From: Marsupella aquatica
Taxonomy: Eukaryota > Plantae > Marchantiophyta
Direction of reading: 5' to 3'
DNA: 64,000 bases
Assembly (NCBI GenBank): GCA_973895155.1
Contig: OZ316896.1
Span: 14,129,542 to 14,193,541 of the forward strand
Each line of letters begins with the position of its first letter. Position 1 is the stretch's first letter. A program made the position numbers and the translations under genes. The notes below the pieces were generated by a model. It was not told where the DNA came from and did not search any database. It saw only the letters and a program-made list of their open reading frames with translations. This document shows positions 63,735 to 64,000 of the stretch, piece by piece.

Positions 63735-64000
63735 TGTGACACGGGTAATGTGTCACTTAACCGAACCCAGGTCGTAGATTAGGTCTTCTACGGACGTTAG
63801 GACCGTAGCCGTAGCGTAGAATAGCACGTATAGCCGTCCGTTGCCATTATGAATAGATTAGGAGTAGGTTAAGATGACCGAATAATTACGAGTTCAGGAA
63901 GAGGATTATTACACGCGACCGAGGTACGGTGGCGACAGCAGAGTAAAAATCAGTTAGAAGTCACGCTTGGACCAAGGCGCCGACTTCAGCTCATTCAATG
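63735..64000. mobile_element. left end of another LTR-like insertion (family C), truncated by the window edge
   Basis: Family A homology stops abruptly at a new TGTGACACGGG start; the TSD cannot be checked. Confidence 0.6.

Overview
Eukaryotic land-plant nuclear DNA; a bryophyte/liverwort-like host is an inference only. The left ~10 kb holds one spliced host gene, a 5-exon FLDH/DFR-like NAD(P)-dependent reductase (5364-7931). The rest is a nested LTR-retrotransposon cluster that can be resolved by target-site duplications (TSDs). An older Ty1/copia element (10495-39634, minus, 345-bp LTRs, TSD CTTAG) is split by a full-length Athila-like Ty3/gypsy element (14515-31965, TSD TCCTC) and by a solo LTR of the same gypsy family. 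Further solo LTRs, MITE-like repeats, a calmodulin-like fragment, a LINE remnant and an organelle-type trnP fragment follow. The main discovery candidate is that the gypsy LTRs are giant (~4.6-4.8 kb) because each LTR itself carries a ~1100-1200 aa ORF (globular plant-TE accessory-like domain, long coiled coil, basic NLS-like patch). This ORF is present in all six LTR copies of family A. A second ~4-kb solo LTR (family B, 39797-43812), with no nucleotide similarity visible by eye, encodes a clear protein homolog, which points to a lineage of retrotransposons with LTR-borne genes. The same element has a textbook -1 frameshift cassette (G-GAT-TTT plus a 10-bp stem) after the protease, and one LTR copy has captured a 126-bp 25S/26S rRNA fragment in frame.
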